A stretch of DNA of 64,000 bases. Source: Mobula hypostoma (taxonomy: Eukaryota). Location of the stretch: assembly GCF_963921235.1 (NCBI RefSeq), contig NC_086097.1, forward strand, positions 201,316,001 to 201,380,000, written 5' to 3'. Positions 52,269 through 64,000 of this stretch are shown here, one piece after another. Position 1 is the first letter of the stretch. Each line of letters starts with the position of its first letter. Position numbers and translations under genes: made by a program. The notes under the pieces are model-generated. The model was not told the DNA's origin. It ran no database searches and was given only the letters and a program-made list of their open reading frames with translations.

Positions 52269-52734
52269 TCAGACAAGTTCAAAAGACAATAATCCGCTCT
52301 ACAAAAATCAAATGTGCTGGTGCAATTAGTTCGAATATGACTTGCCTTCCAACTGCTGTTGTGTTACAACGATATTTGATTATTATTGTCCTTTTATACA
52401 TTACAATGAAATCATAGTAAAACTTTATCAAAAAAATTCCTAACTTTGATCATGTTTTCCAAGAAACTAAACAGAATGATAAATAAATGCAAGATTTCAA
52501 AGTTCAAAGTAAATTTATTATCAAAGTACATATATTTCCCCATATACTACCCTGAGATTAATTTTCTTGTGGGCATTCACAGTTAACATAAAGAAATTCA
52601 ATAGAATCAATGAAAAACTGCACACAACGATGGACAAACAACCAAAGTGTAAAAGATGACAAATTGTGCAAGTACAAAAAAGTAAAAAAGAGAAAATAAT
52701 TAATTAATAAATATTTGGAACATGAGTTAGAAGA

Positions 52735-53965
52735 TAGATCATTGAACAGTACAGCACAGGAATAGGCCCTTCAGCCCATTATGTTGTGCTGAATCAATTA
52801 AATTAGTAATCAAATGGGTAACTAATTTCTTCTGCCTACACAATGCAATATCCTTCCATTTTTCTGACATCCATTTGCCTATCTAAATGTCTCTTAAAAT
52901 ACTCTAAAGTTTCTCCCTCTTCTACCACACCCCAAGCAGCACATTTCAGGCATCCACCACTCTGTATTTAAAAAAAACTTGCCCTCACATCTCTTTTGAA
53001 ATTACGCCCTCACCTTAAATGCATGCCCTCTGGAATTAGAAACTTCAACCCTGGGAAATAGATACTGTCTGTCTACACTATCGACGTCTCTCATAATCTT
53101 ATGAACCTCTATCAGATCTCCACAGCCTCTGCTGCTCCAGAAGAAAGAACCCAGGTTTGTCCAACCCCTCATCCTCTAGAGAGGGACATACCCTCTAATC
53201 CAAGCAGTATCAAGCCTCGACACCTTTCCTATAATGGGGCAACCAGATCTGTAGGCAATACTGCAGGTGCAGCCAAACTGTGAATTTTATAAATCTACAA
53301 CGTAGCCTCTTGACTTTTGAACTCAGTGCCTCATCTTATAAAGGCAAACAAGCCACATGTCTACTAAACCAACCTTTCAACCTCTGTAGCCACCTTCAGG
53401 AGTGAAGAAAATGGACCCAAAGATCTATCTGCTCACCTACTCTGCAATGGATCTTGCCTTTAACTGCATACTTTCTCTTTGCAATTGACCTACCAAGGTG
53501 CAACACTTTACATTTTGCCAGGTTAAACTTCACCTGCCATTTCTCCAACCTTATCTGCAACTGATCTATATATTCCGTTGTATTCTTTGCCAGTCTTCTA
53601 TGCACAACACCACCAATTTTTGTATCATCTACAAACTTACTAATTCACCCATCTACATTTTCATCCAGGTCATTTACATACATCACAAACAGCAGAGGTC
53701 CTACTACAGATCCTTGTGGAACACCACTAATGAGAGACCTCCAGCTAGAATACATCCCTTTGACCACTACCCTTTATCTTCTATGGGCAAGCCAGTGCTG
53801 AACCCAAACATCATGGCTCCTATGCATCTTAATCTGGAAGAACCTCCCATGAGGGACCTTGTTAAGCATCTCACTAAAATCCATGTAGACGACATCCACA
53901 GATCACGGACCCTCGTCAAAAACAAGTTAGTAAGACATGATTTGCCTCAGCCAAAGCCATGCAGA
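52735..53965 (-). mobile_element. Degenerate CR1 RT and 3' end
   Basis: EKWQVKFNLAKCKVLHLGR motif. Nested within a Rex1-type 3' end (about 52497-54365). Confidence 0.75.
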
Positions 53966-54459
53966 AAACTGTAGAGTCCTTGAAAGTGAGTCCATAGCTT
54001 GAGGAATCAGTTCAGTGATGGGGAGAGGGAAGTTCTCCATCTTGGTTCAAGAGCCTGATGGCTGAGAAGTAATAACTGCTCCTGAAACTGATGGTGTGGG
54101 ACGTAAGGCTCCTGTAGCTCCTGTACCTCTTTACAGACAGCAGCAGTAGGAAGAGAGCATGGACTGGATAGTGAGGTCTTTGATGATGGATGCTGCTTTC
54201 CTGTGATAGTGCTTGTTGCGTGCTCAGAGGTGGGATGGACTTTACCCATGAAGGACTAGGCTTCTTGTAAGCTTTTCCATTCAAGGGTAATTCTATTTCC
54301 ATACCAGGCTGTGATGCAACCAATCAGTATATTCTCCACGGTGCATTTATAGAGGTTTGTCAAAGATTTCCCTGCGTTGCTCACAGAACAAAATTAAGCA
54401 CTGAAACACAAAATATGGGGAAATATGATTGATGTGAGAGTCTATGGGTTTATAATAGA

Positions 54460-55247
54460 CATCAGTGGATGAGCCGTTCCAGAGATAGAGATGGAGAGCT
54501 CGAAAACAGGGAGGGAGCTGTCAGAAATGAACCAGGTAAATTTGAGGGCAAGGTAGAAGTTGGAGGCAAAGTTGATGAAGTTGACGATCTCAGCATGCAT
54601 GCAGGAAGCAGCACCAATGCAGCCGTCAAAGTAGCATAGGAAAAGTGGGGCAGTGACATCAGTGTAGGCTTAGGACATGGACTGTTACATGTAGCTAACA
54701 TAAAGGCAGACATAGCTGGGACCCATGTGAGTACCCATGGCTGACCATCACCCACACCATTACTGACCTGATTTACTCAGGGGATCTCCCATCCAGTGCC
54801 ACCAGGGGTACTTGCATGTGTCCCACCTTATATTCCAGCTCTGTAGCCTCCAACCTGATGGCACAAACATCGATTTCTCGAACTTCTTGTAATGCCCCCT
54901 TCCTCTATTCCTATTCCCCTTTTCCCTCTCTCACCTTATCTCTTTGCCTGTGTGTTCTAGTGTTCCTCCCCCTTTTTCTTTCCTCCATGCCCTCCTGCCC
55001 TCTTCTATTAAATTTCCCCTTCTCCAGCCTTGTATTTCTTTCACCAATCAACTTCCCAGCTCTTTTCACCCCTCCTAGTTTCACATATCACCTTGTGTTT
55101 CTTCCTTCCCTACCCCCACCTTCTCACTCTGACTCCTCATTGTTTTTCTCCAGTCCTGCTGAAGGGTCTCAGCCTGAAACGCCAACTGTACTCTTTTCCA
55201 TAGATGGTGCCTAGCCTGCTGAGTTCCTCCAGCATTTTGTGTGTTGC
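54460..55247. mobile_element. Penelope-like element: minus-strand RT fragment plus inverted 3' terminal repeat
   Basis: AMGTHMGPSY-like RT remnant on minus; SLQPDGTNIDFSNF end and degenerate hammerhead (55152-55187) on plus. Confidence 0.65.
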
Positions 55248-56234
55248 CTAATTCTGCTTCTAAGTCTTATGCTCTTAAGAAACCATTCAGCTCAAAATGC
55301 ATCAGAATCAGATTTATTGTCACTGATTTATATGAAGTGAAATTTGTTGTGTTGTGGTAACAAGTACAGTGCAAAGACATAAAATAAGTCTGCATGCAGA
55401 GTTTATCACTGCAATATTCATAATATTTTACAAAAAAGTATACCCTACAGTTTTAAGATGGTGGGTCAGTGTTCTAACAAAGCCAATGAGAGAAGCTAAA
55501 GATAGGAGGTCAGCCTCAACAACTGGGAGCCAGTGGATGTGGTATTTTTTTAATTTTCAAAAGGCTTTTGATAAGATCCATCGTAGGTGCCATCGTCTCA
55601 CATGCTTCAGTGAATGACTGGGTAATGGCTTGGAGATTGACATCTGAATCTGTGCAGACACAAATGACATCAGGAGGACAAACATAATACATTGTGTAAT
55701 TTGCCCCAATTTAGGAACTGGCAGGTTATATTGTCATCCAAGCAAAGGAGTGCAAAGATGTCCAGATCATTCAAATCATGACAGGCACGCATAACTCCTA
55801 GTCTGACCAGTGATAATCTGATCTATTATCTTCATCAACCACACTCCAAAGCATCAGTGTCAATAGAAACATTTCAATGCTCTTAAATTCCAATTAAATG
55901 TAAGATGGTAAATAAGCAGTGGCAAATACTAGAGACATATCATAGGGTAGTTGTACAAAATGCTGGTGAGGCTACACTTGAAGTATCATGTTCAGTTTTG
56001 ATCACCCTTCTATAGGGAACATCTTTTTAAACTGTAAAGAGTGCAGAAAAGACATACGAAGGTATTGTCATGAATTGAGTTCAAGTTCAAAATAAATTTA
56101 TTTTCAAAGCATGTACAGTATACAGTGGCATGCAAAAGTTTGGGCACCCTGGTCAAAATTTCTGTTACTCTGAATAGTAAAGCCAGTAAAAGATGACCTG
56201 ATTTCCGAAAGGCATAAAGTCAAAGATAAAAACA

Positions 56235-56790
56235 TGAGGAAATCTGCAGATGCTGGAATTTGCTGGTGAATGCAGCAGCATCTCTAGGGAGAGGCACAGT
56301 CGACGTTTCGGGCCGAAACCCTTCGTCAGGACTAACTGAAAGGAAGAGCTAGTAAGAGATTTGAAAGTGAGTGGGGGAGGGGGAGATCCAAAATGATAGG
56401 AGAAGACAGGAGGGGGAGGGATGGAGCCAAGAGCTGGACAGTTGATTGGCAAAAGGGATATGAGAGGATCATGGGACAGGAGGCCCAGGGAAAAAGAAAA
56501 GGGGGGGGGAACCAGAGGATGGGCAAGGGGTATAGTGAGGGGGACAGAGGGAGAAAAAGGAGAGAAAGAAAAAGAATGTGTGTATATAAATAAATAACGG
56601 ATGGGGTACAAGGCGGAGTTGGGGCATTAGCGGAAGTTTGAGAAATCAATGTTCATGCCATCAGGTTGGAGGCTACCCAGATGGAATATAATGTGTTGTT
56701 CCTTCAACCTGAGTGTGGCTTCACCTTTACAGTAGAGAAGGCCGTGGATAGACATATCAGAATGGGAATGGGACGTGGAATTAAATGTGT
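56235..56790 (-). mobile_element. Penelope-like 3' end (GIY-YIG C-terminus + terminal repeat)
   Basis: FNSTSHSHSDMSIHGLLYC...EQHIIFHLGSLQPDGMNIDFSNFR* followed by a pyrimidine tract and hammerhead. Confidence 0.8.
56298..56333 (-). ncRNA. Minimal type I hammerhead ribozyme motif (intact core)
   Basis: AGTC-CTGACGA-aGGGtttcggCCC-GAAAC-GTC-GACT: stem I AGTC/GACT, stem II GGG/CCC, loopless palindromic ACGT helix III. Confidence 0.75.
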
Positions 56791-58283
56791 GATTAAAAAG
56801 TTAAAGAGTTAAAGATGACACATTTCTTTAATATTTTAAGCAAGATTACTTTCTTATTTCTATCTTTTACAGTTTCAAAATAACAAAAAAGTAAAAGGGC
56901 CCGAAGCAAAGGTCTGGGCACCCTACATGGTCAGTACTTAGTAACACCCCCTTTGGCAAGTATCACAGCTTGTAAACGCTTTCTGTAGCCAGCTAAGAGT
57001 CTTTCAATTCTTGTTTGGGGATTTTCGCCCATTCTTCCTTGCAAAAGGCTTCTAGTTCTGTGAGATTCTTGGGCTGTCTTGCATGCACTTCTCTTTTGAG
57101 GTCTATCCACAGATTTTGGATGATGTTTAGGTCGGGGGACTGCGAGGGTCATGGCAAAAGTGCATTGTGGATTTTGAGGTGTGTTTAGGATCATTATCCT
57201 GTTGTAGAAGCCATCCTCTTTTCACCTTCAGCTATTTTACAGACGGTGTAATGTTTGCTTCCAGAATTTGCTGGTATTTCATTGAATTCACTCTTCCCTC
57301 TACCAGTGAAATATTCCCCGTGCCACTGGCTGCAACACAAACCCAAAGCATGTTTGATCCACCCCCTGCTTAACAATCGGAGAGGTGTTCTTTTCATGAA
57401 ATTCTGCACCCATTTTTCTCCAAACATACCTTTGCTCATTGCTTCCAAAAAGTTCTATTTTAACTTCATCAGTCCACAGGACTTGTTTCCAAAATGCATC
57501 AGGCTTGTTTAGATGTTCCTTTGCAAACTTCTACGCTGAATTTTGTGGTGAGGACACAGGAAAGGTTTTCTTCTGATGACTCTTCCATGAAGGTCATATT
57601 TGTGCAGGTGTCACTGCACAGTAGAACAGTGCACCACCACTCCAGAGCCTGCTAAATCTTCTTGAAGGTCTTTTGAAGTCAAACAGGAGTTTCAATTTGC
57701 CTTTCTAGCTATCCTACAAGCATTTCTTGGTCTTCCAGACCTCAACTTGACCTCCACTGTTCCTGTTAACTATCATTTCTTAATTACATTACAAACTGAG
57801 GAAACGGCTACCTGAAAACGCTTTGCTATCTTCTTATAGCCTTCTCCTGCTTTATGGGCATCATTTATTTTAATTTTCAGAGTGCTAGGCAGCTGCTTAG
57901 AGGAGCCCATGGCTGCTGATTGTTGGGACAAGGTTTGAGGAGTCAGGGTATTTATAAAGCTTTGAAATTTGCATCACCTGATCTTTCCTGACGATGACTG
58001 TGAACAAGCCATAGCCCTAACAAGCTAATTAAGGTCTGAGACCTTGGCAAAAGTTACCTCAGAGCTCAAATCTCTTGGGGTGCCCAAACTTTTGCATGGT
58101 GCTCCTTTCGTTTTTTTCCCCACTCTAAAATTGTACAGAACAAAAATAATACACTAATCTTGCTTAAAATGTTGAAAGGAAAGTTTCATCTTTAACTTTA
58201 TGACTTTTGGAGATCAGTTCATCTTCTACTCACTTAGAAGGTTCATCCATCGTCATCGATGAAGACCTCGACACCATTCATAG

Positions 58284-58418
58284 TTTTTACGAGGTTGAGT
58301 TGCTAGCTTGACGCTCAACCCAGCACAAATGGAGAGCGTGCACAGGAGCCAGCCAGATTCGAACTCAGGGCCTCTCACCCTGAAGTGCAGTGCTGATGCC
58401 ACTATGCCACCAGCTGGC
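58284..58418 (-). mobile_element. Short tRNA-derived SINE
   Basis: A box tggcatagtgg and B box gagttcgaatc; A-rich end. Confidence 0.7.
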
Positions 58419-58747
58419 GGTTGATGGTGTTAAGACTAGTGCTTGATTTGGATTTAAGTGAGGGAGAGTTGCACAGCGTCAGCCTCATTCACTCTTCCCA
58501 ATTCCCATCTGGACCAAGTGGCAAGACAAGAGTCGAGACAGCTGGAGATGGGACTAGGTGCAGTGGATAACCAGGACATCTTCTGTTTCTTATCGTGCTC
58601 TACGCATTCAATGACGCTTGCGGAGACTGCCTTCTTGACCATTGGACCTTCCTTTGGTCTCATCCGCTCAATCCGCTAGAGTCTGTCTTCACACGCTGGG
58701 ATAGACAACTCCCTATCCCACTATGGGTTTGAGACCCGTCAGCTACC

Positions 58748-58937
58748 CACACCTAGTTTAGTCAGCTTGTCGAAGACATTGCCCAGGGTGTGGCTGCTGT
58801 CGCATGCAAACAGCTACGGGGAGCACAGGTGAGAGCTGAGTGCCAGGTGGGGACCAAAGGTGGACAAACCACCTGAAAAGGACATGACATGTTCCCCCAC
58901 CAGAAGTGCTACCCCTCCCTGACACCCCATACACCCC
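58748..58937 (-). ncRNA. Candidate HDV-like self-cleaving ribozyme
   Basis: Manual fold: P1 GGGGTGT/ACACCCT, P2 cacct/aggtg, P3 gc/gcc, P1.1 cc/gg, P4 tgtc/gaca, J4/2 CTAA. Confidence 0.5.
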
Positions 58938-59443
58938 CTACTCACTTAACTATTCACAGTAACAGAAATTTTGACCAGGGGTGCCCAAACTTTTGCATAC
59001 CACTGTATGTTACCATATACTACAGAGATTCATTTTCTTCAGGCATTCACAGTGGACAAAGAAATATAATAGAATCAATGAAAAACTACACACAAACGAT
59101 GACAAACAATGCAAATTTAAAAAATAATTATTACTGAGAACAGTCCTTGCAAGATGAGTCAATAGGTTGTGGAATCAGTTCCGTGTGAGGTGAATGAAGT
59201 TATCCACACTGGCTCTGAGTAAAAGGGGGTGAGCTTAAGGAAGAGGCTGGGCAGGCTCAGTTTTTTTCCTTGTAATATGGAAGGCTGATAGGTGATCTTA
59301 TAAATATGCATAAAATCATGAAGGGCATAGATAGAGTAAATGTATTCAGCTTTTTCTAGAGCTGGGGAATCATGAACTCAAGGGCATTGGTTTAAGGTGA
59401 AAGGAGAAAGACTTAGTTGGAATTGACGGACAACTTTTGTCTT

Positions 59444-59650
59444 TACACTCACAACACGCTGGAGGAACTCCGCAGGTCGGGCAGCATCTGTGGAAATGAT
59501 CAGTCAACGTTTCGGGCCGGAACCCTTCGTCAGGACTGAACAGGGAAGGGGCAGAAGCCCTATAAAGAAGGTGGAGGAAGCCTGCTGAGTTCCTCCAGCG
59601 TGTTGTGAGTGTTGCTTTGACCCCAGCATCTGCAGAGTATTTTGTGTTTT
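59444..59650 (-). mobile_element. Penelope-derived foldback with intact hammerhead core, inside a CR1 3' end
   Basis: agtcCTGACGAagggttccggcccGAAACGTTgact at 59502-59537 (minus); inverted flanks acactcacaacacgctggaggaactc / gagttcctccagcgtgttgtgagtgt. Confidence 0.75.
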
Positions 59651-60769
59651 TGTTTTTACACAGAGGGTGGTATGTATGTGGAATGCGCTGCCAGAGGAAG
59701 TGGTTAATACAGGTACAATAACAACTTCTAAAAGGCAATTGGACAGGTACATAGATATGAAAAAATCATAAAGTTATGGACCAAATGCTGCTATCGGAAC
59801 TAGCTTGGATCGGCATCTTGGTCAGCGTGGGCCGGTTTGACCAAAGGGCTAGCTTCTGTGTTGTATGGACTCTACAATCCTAAATAAAAGAGGAATAAAA
59901 TAGGTTTTGAGAGCAAGCTAACAAGAAATATAAAAACATATACAGTAAAAGCTTCTACAAGAGTAGCTGAGATAAACATTGATTTCTTGGATGTAAAGCA
60001 TGGAGAATTAATAATGCAATTTATGGAAGTGACAAAGACTGCGACTACATCTTTATCTGTCTTTCTGGCAGAAGAATCTAGAAGCATCCTAGTAATAGAA
60101 AACATGGGGCCAAAAGGAGAAAAAGGAATTAAAAACAATTATGACTCAACAATAGGTAAAGGGAAACTGCTTGGATTAAAACTGACAAACGACCTGGATC
60201 TAATAGCCTGTACCCTGATATCTTAAAATAAATAATGGAGATATTAGTTGTGAATTCTCAAAATTCTGTAACTTTGAAAAGGGCTCAGTGGTTTGGGAAG
60301 TTGCAAATGTAATGCTTTCTTTCAAGGAAAGGGCAAGACAAAGAACAGGATATTTATCATAACATTTGTGATAGGGAATATATCAAGATCCATTATCACA
60401 GAGGCAATAACAGAACATTGAGAAAATTGTAACGCAATCAATCAAAACGATCAATGTTTCATAAACAGGAAGTCATGACTGACAAATGCAATAAGCAAAA
60501 TAGAAAAAAAAAGAGACCAGCTGATGTAAGGCTAATGTTGATAGGCAATGCACACTTGGCAGGACACCAGATTAGGAATCACTTTTAATAAAATGATTTC
60601 TCTTTAAGGTATTAATTTTAGCAATTATAGAAAACAGATTTATTTTGCATCCTTGTATCCCAACTTCTTCTCACAATCCAAGTGTAGGTGAATGGTAGGA
60701 GAGTTGGGGTGAAGTTGATGGGCATATGAGGAAACCAGAGGTCCATGAACCAATCGTCACTGGGGGATC

Positions 60770-61472
60770 AGAGGTGGAGAGGGTCAGTGACTTCAAATTC
60801 CTCAATGTTATCATTTGCAGGACCTGTCCTGGGTCCAGCACACAAGTGAAGAAAGCACTGCTGCACTTTTACTTCCTTAGAAGTTTGTGAAGATTCGGCA
60901 TAACAAATAAAACTTCGACAAATTTCTATAGATGTGTGCTGGAGAGTATATTGATTGGTTGTATCACAACCTGGTAGGGAAACACCAATGCCCTTAAATG
61001 GAGTACTGTCATAGAAAGGCAAGATCCATTATCAGGAACCTCCACCATCCAGCTCATGCTCTCAGCTTGCTGCTGCCATCAGGAGGAAGGTACAGGAGTC
61101 TCAGAACTCACTCCAGCGCATTCGGTAACAGTTATTACCCCTCAACCACCAGGCTGTTGAACCAGGGAGGATAACTTCACTGAACTTCACTTGCCCCATT
61201 ACTGGACTGTTTTCACCCCTAAGGACATCCTCAAGAACTCCTCTGCTTTTGTTCTCAATATCTATTGTTTATTTATTTATATAGTATTATTATTTCTTTT
61301 TTTTCTTTCTTATTTGCACAGTTTGCTGTCTTTTGCATACTGGTTGTTTGCCTGCCTGTTGGGTGTGATCTTTCACTGATTCCGCTATGAATCTTGGATT
61401 TACTGAGTATGCCTGCAAGGAAATGAATCTCAGGGTTGCATATGTGTACTTTGATAATAAATTTACTTTGAA
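60770..61472 (+). mobile_element. Degenerate Rex1-type 3' portion
   Basis: EVERVSDFKFL and LLPSGGRYRS remnants; aataaatttactttgaa end. Confidence 0.7.
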
Positions 61473-61624
61473 TAAGTTGCAGGGGGATGAAATTGTCCTG
61501 AGAGCTGGCATAGACCCAATGGACTACGATGCAAGGTAACATGATCAGTAAATAACATTATGGTGGTGTATTTTGAAATTTCAATTCCCTTAGAACCCTT
61601 TGAATAGTATTACAATATTCTTAC

Positions 61625-61767
61625 CTGAGCTGTGCAGTTTTGTTCTCTATTGAGAGAATTTCTGTATGCATTGCATTTTCTTCAAACTGTGCTTTGGCAG
61701 TAGCATCATCAAACTCCTGGTGCACTTTATTAAGGTCCGAAAAAACTTTACTGAAGACCTCTGTCAA
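61625..61767 (-). CDS. ccdc178: CCDC178-like exon B (143 nt)
   Basis: ccctttag acceptor, gtaaga donor. Phase 0 start matches exon A. LTEVFSKVFSDLNKVHQEFDDATAKAQFEENAMHTEILSIENKTAQL + 2 nt. Confidence 0.88.
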
Positions 61768-62787
61768 CTAAAGGGTATAAATAAACAGTTTATTTACAAT
61801 ACAATATGAGATTATCCGCAAAAACACGAAGTTTCTATCTCTTTCAATAAACCCATATCTACAGGTAAAATATCACCATATGACTATAAGATATTGGAGC
61901 AGAATTAGGCCATTTGGTCCATGAAGTCTGCTACTCAACATTAATATCTATTTGACAGGAGAAGTTCAATGCTGAATAAAATCAAGTTCAAGGGAACTTG
62001 CCCTACTTTTCTGAACAAGTGACTTTCACCAGGGTTGATGTGGTTCTAAGCCATGCATTCAGTCTCTTAAAGGAAGCAAGGGAGTATTACAAACAACTAT
62101 ACTTGAAAACAGACGCACAGCAGACTAAGCATGCCCCACACTACATTTTAATCTAAAATCTAAACTAAGGTATAATGCAGCTTTCTGCCTGCCTACTCTT
62201 TATACTGATGCAAGTGTGCATTCATCATTCTTTGCCCTGCTCAACAGTTGTTAAAACACTAAAAGGGAGCTGCCCTTTGGCTGCAAAATTTTAAAAAAAC
62301 TGTTCGATAATATCAGAGACCATATACTAGATTCTCATCTTTACCCCTCTACTGTGTGAATGAAGACTTAATTCAAGTAGCAGAGGGGAATAAAGGAAAC
62401 CTTTTCTTTTCCCCTCCTCAGAGCACAGGCAGCCTTCTGGGCATTAACTGTGATTAAATAATAGCAGAAAATTCCGTAACAAATGAAATGAACAAAATAC
62501 AGATGTTAAGCTAAGAAAGTAGTGTTTGTACATGTTGCTTAAAAATATCAAATCAAACATCACATTAATTATGACACTCACAGCGCTCATTTGACTATTG
62601 TACACACAATTCCCTTTACTTTAAACAGCCCGCAGGTAAACTTATATTTCCCCCCACTAAAATAATCCTTTTATACAAACCCTCCTGTATTCTTTGAAAT
62701 AAAAGTACAAAATACAGTATCTTACATATATGCAACATTAGGTTCATTTCACCACTTTCAAGTTGGCTGCATATTTGTATTAAATAC

Positions 62788-63008
62788 CTCATTTTGACTT
62801 GGTACAATATCATCAATGGTCTTCTTTTCCAAATCCAGCTTTTCCTTTAGATGATCTTCAAGTTTTTTTACTAAATTAATTTCTTCACGTAGTCTCTGAT
62901 TCAGTATTCTTGCATCATTAACTTGAATTTGTACTTTTTGTAAATGAGATGCCTTACACTCAGCATTTAACTCTAATTCATAAATCTCTTCTGAATGCAC
63001 TGCATATT
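62788..63008 (-). CDS. ccdc178: Coiled-coil protein exon A (221 nt), likely CCDC178
   Basis: Polypyrimidine+AG acceptor (63009-63010), GT donor (62786-62787). Translates xYAVHSEEIYELELNAECKASHLQKVQ...DIVPSQNE, which by recollection resembles the CCDC178 segment EHEAYLSDVIELQWHLEDKANQLQ. Needs BLASTP confirmation. Confidence 0.85.
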
Positions 63009-64000
63009 CTAAATGAGAAAAAGAAATACGATTTTAATCAAAAATCAGAAAATGCTGACATTCTCAAGCAGTTGAATATGCTTCTGCCATTAATAATCAA
63101 GCCAACGTACTCCGCTGAAGTTGTCTATTTTATTGCGTTGATAAGACAAGAACACTGACTCCACCTTTTGCTGTAGTCATTCACTGTTAGGTTCATCAGA
63201 CCTTATCTCAACAAAGCAAAACAGTTATGAAAGCTTCCTTTCTGTGGAAGTCGCACGGAAGCCACTGGAAATCTTTTGCTTAGCTACAGCTGTCTGACCT
63301 CAGTGGAAGGTGCTAAACTGGGGAAAGAATAATTACAATAGTATTAGATAGGAGGTGGGGAGACTAGACTGGTAGTGGTGGTAATTGGGGAAGTCCACAT
63401 CTGAGATGTGGGAATAATTTAAAGGACAGCAGATCAAAATTCAGGACCAACGTGGTCCTGTGAAGAAGAAAGAGAAGGATGACAAGGTCCTTTATTGATG
63501 GAAGAAAATAAATCTTGTAGATGCAGTCAAAAAGTAAAAGCATATGCAAGGTTTCAGAAGCTAAAGTCAGGCAGGCCTTTGAAGAATTTAAGAAAACAAG
63601 AGGTTAAACAAGGAATCAGGAGGGCTAAAATGGACCATGAAATGTCTTTTGGTGAGTAGGTGTAGAAAATTCAATATAATTATTGGATATACATTTATTT
63701 ATTCATATGTGTATTTATTTACCTCAAGGACAAAAGAAGGAAATTATGCTTGGAGCTAGAGTAAGCAGTCAAGGTACAAAACAATGTACTAGGTACTAAA
63801 CTGTAGAAGAAGGGTCAGCAAAAGGGTTAATGTGCTAAATCGCTAACTTGCGTTTTTCTATTTGAACTTTGTAACCCAGTATCCTAAGCTTAGAGTTACA
63901 GAGAATCCTTCATAATCAGGATGCAGCACTGAGTGCAGAAAAGAGGAACACGCACTCCTTTGATTTAGTCACTTGCCTGTTCTATAATTAAAAATACCTT

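Larger units (their letters stand above)
58237..58937 (-). mobile_element. Apparently full-length non-autonomous RTE-type retroelement
   Basis: 11-bp TSD ctactcactta (58226-58236, 58938-58948); homologous to 6795-7145; no recognisable protein. Confidence 0.78.
56123..59005 (-). mobile_element. Tc1 transposon with long IR/DR-type TIRs and two nested insertions
   Basis: TA|cagtggcatgcaaaagtttgggcacc ... ggtgcccaaacttttgcataccactg|TA; inner repeats near 56907 and 58078; LLQQDNDPKH transposase remnant. Confidence 0.9.

Noticed and set aside
58340..58418. tRNA gene
   Set aside because: A and B boxes are present, but no full cloverleaf was found and it continues into a SINE body and A-rich tail.

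Overview
Eukaryotic, repeat-dense vertebrate DNA. The repeat families suggest a cartilaginous fish (inference). One host gene is visible: eight minus-strand exons (63008 down to 18798) splice into a continuous 1160-nt open frame encoding a coiled-coil protein that resembles the middle of CCDC178. One intron needs a GC donor. Almost all long ORFs in the track are transposon remnants: CR1 LINEs (including a near full-length ORF1+ORF2 copy), Rex1/Babar, RTE, an L1 fragment, Penelope-like elements, Tc1/mariner, SINEs and an inverted pair of LTR-like repeats, often nested. The most interesting signals are at RNA level: (1) a candidate HDV-like self-cleaving ribozyme that starts exactly at the 5' end of a TSD-flanked non-coding RTE-type element; (2) many minimal hammerhead ribozyme cores in Penelope-derived repeats, some sense to the host pre-mRNA; (3) a slippery-site-like (T/A)TTAAA(C/T) at the CR1 ORF1 stop in three copies, followed by a conserved -1-frame peptide; (4) an internal L1 fragment flanked by a perfect 71-bp duplication. 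All were read by eye. No alignment, folding or database search was run, and element boundaries without a TSD are approximate.
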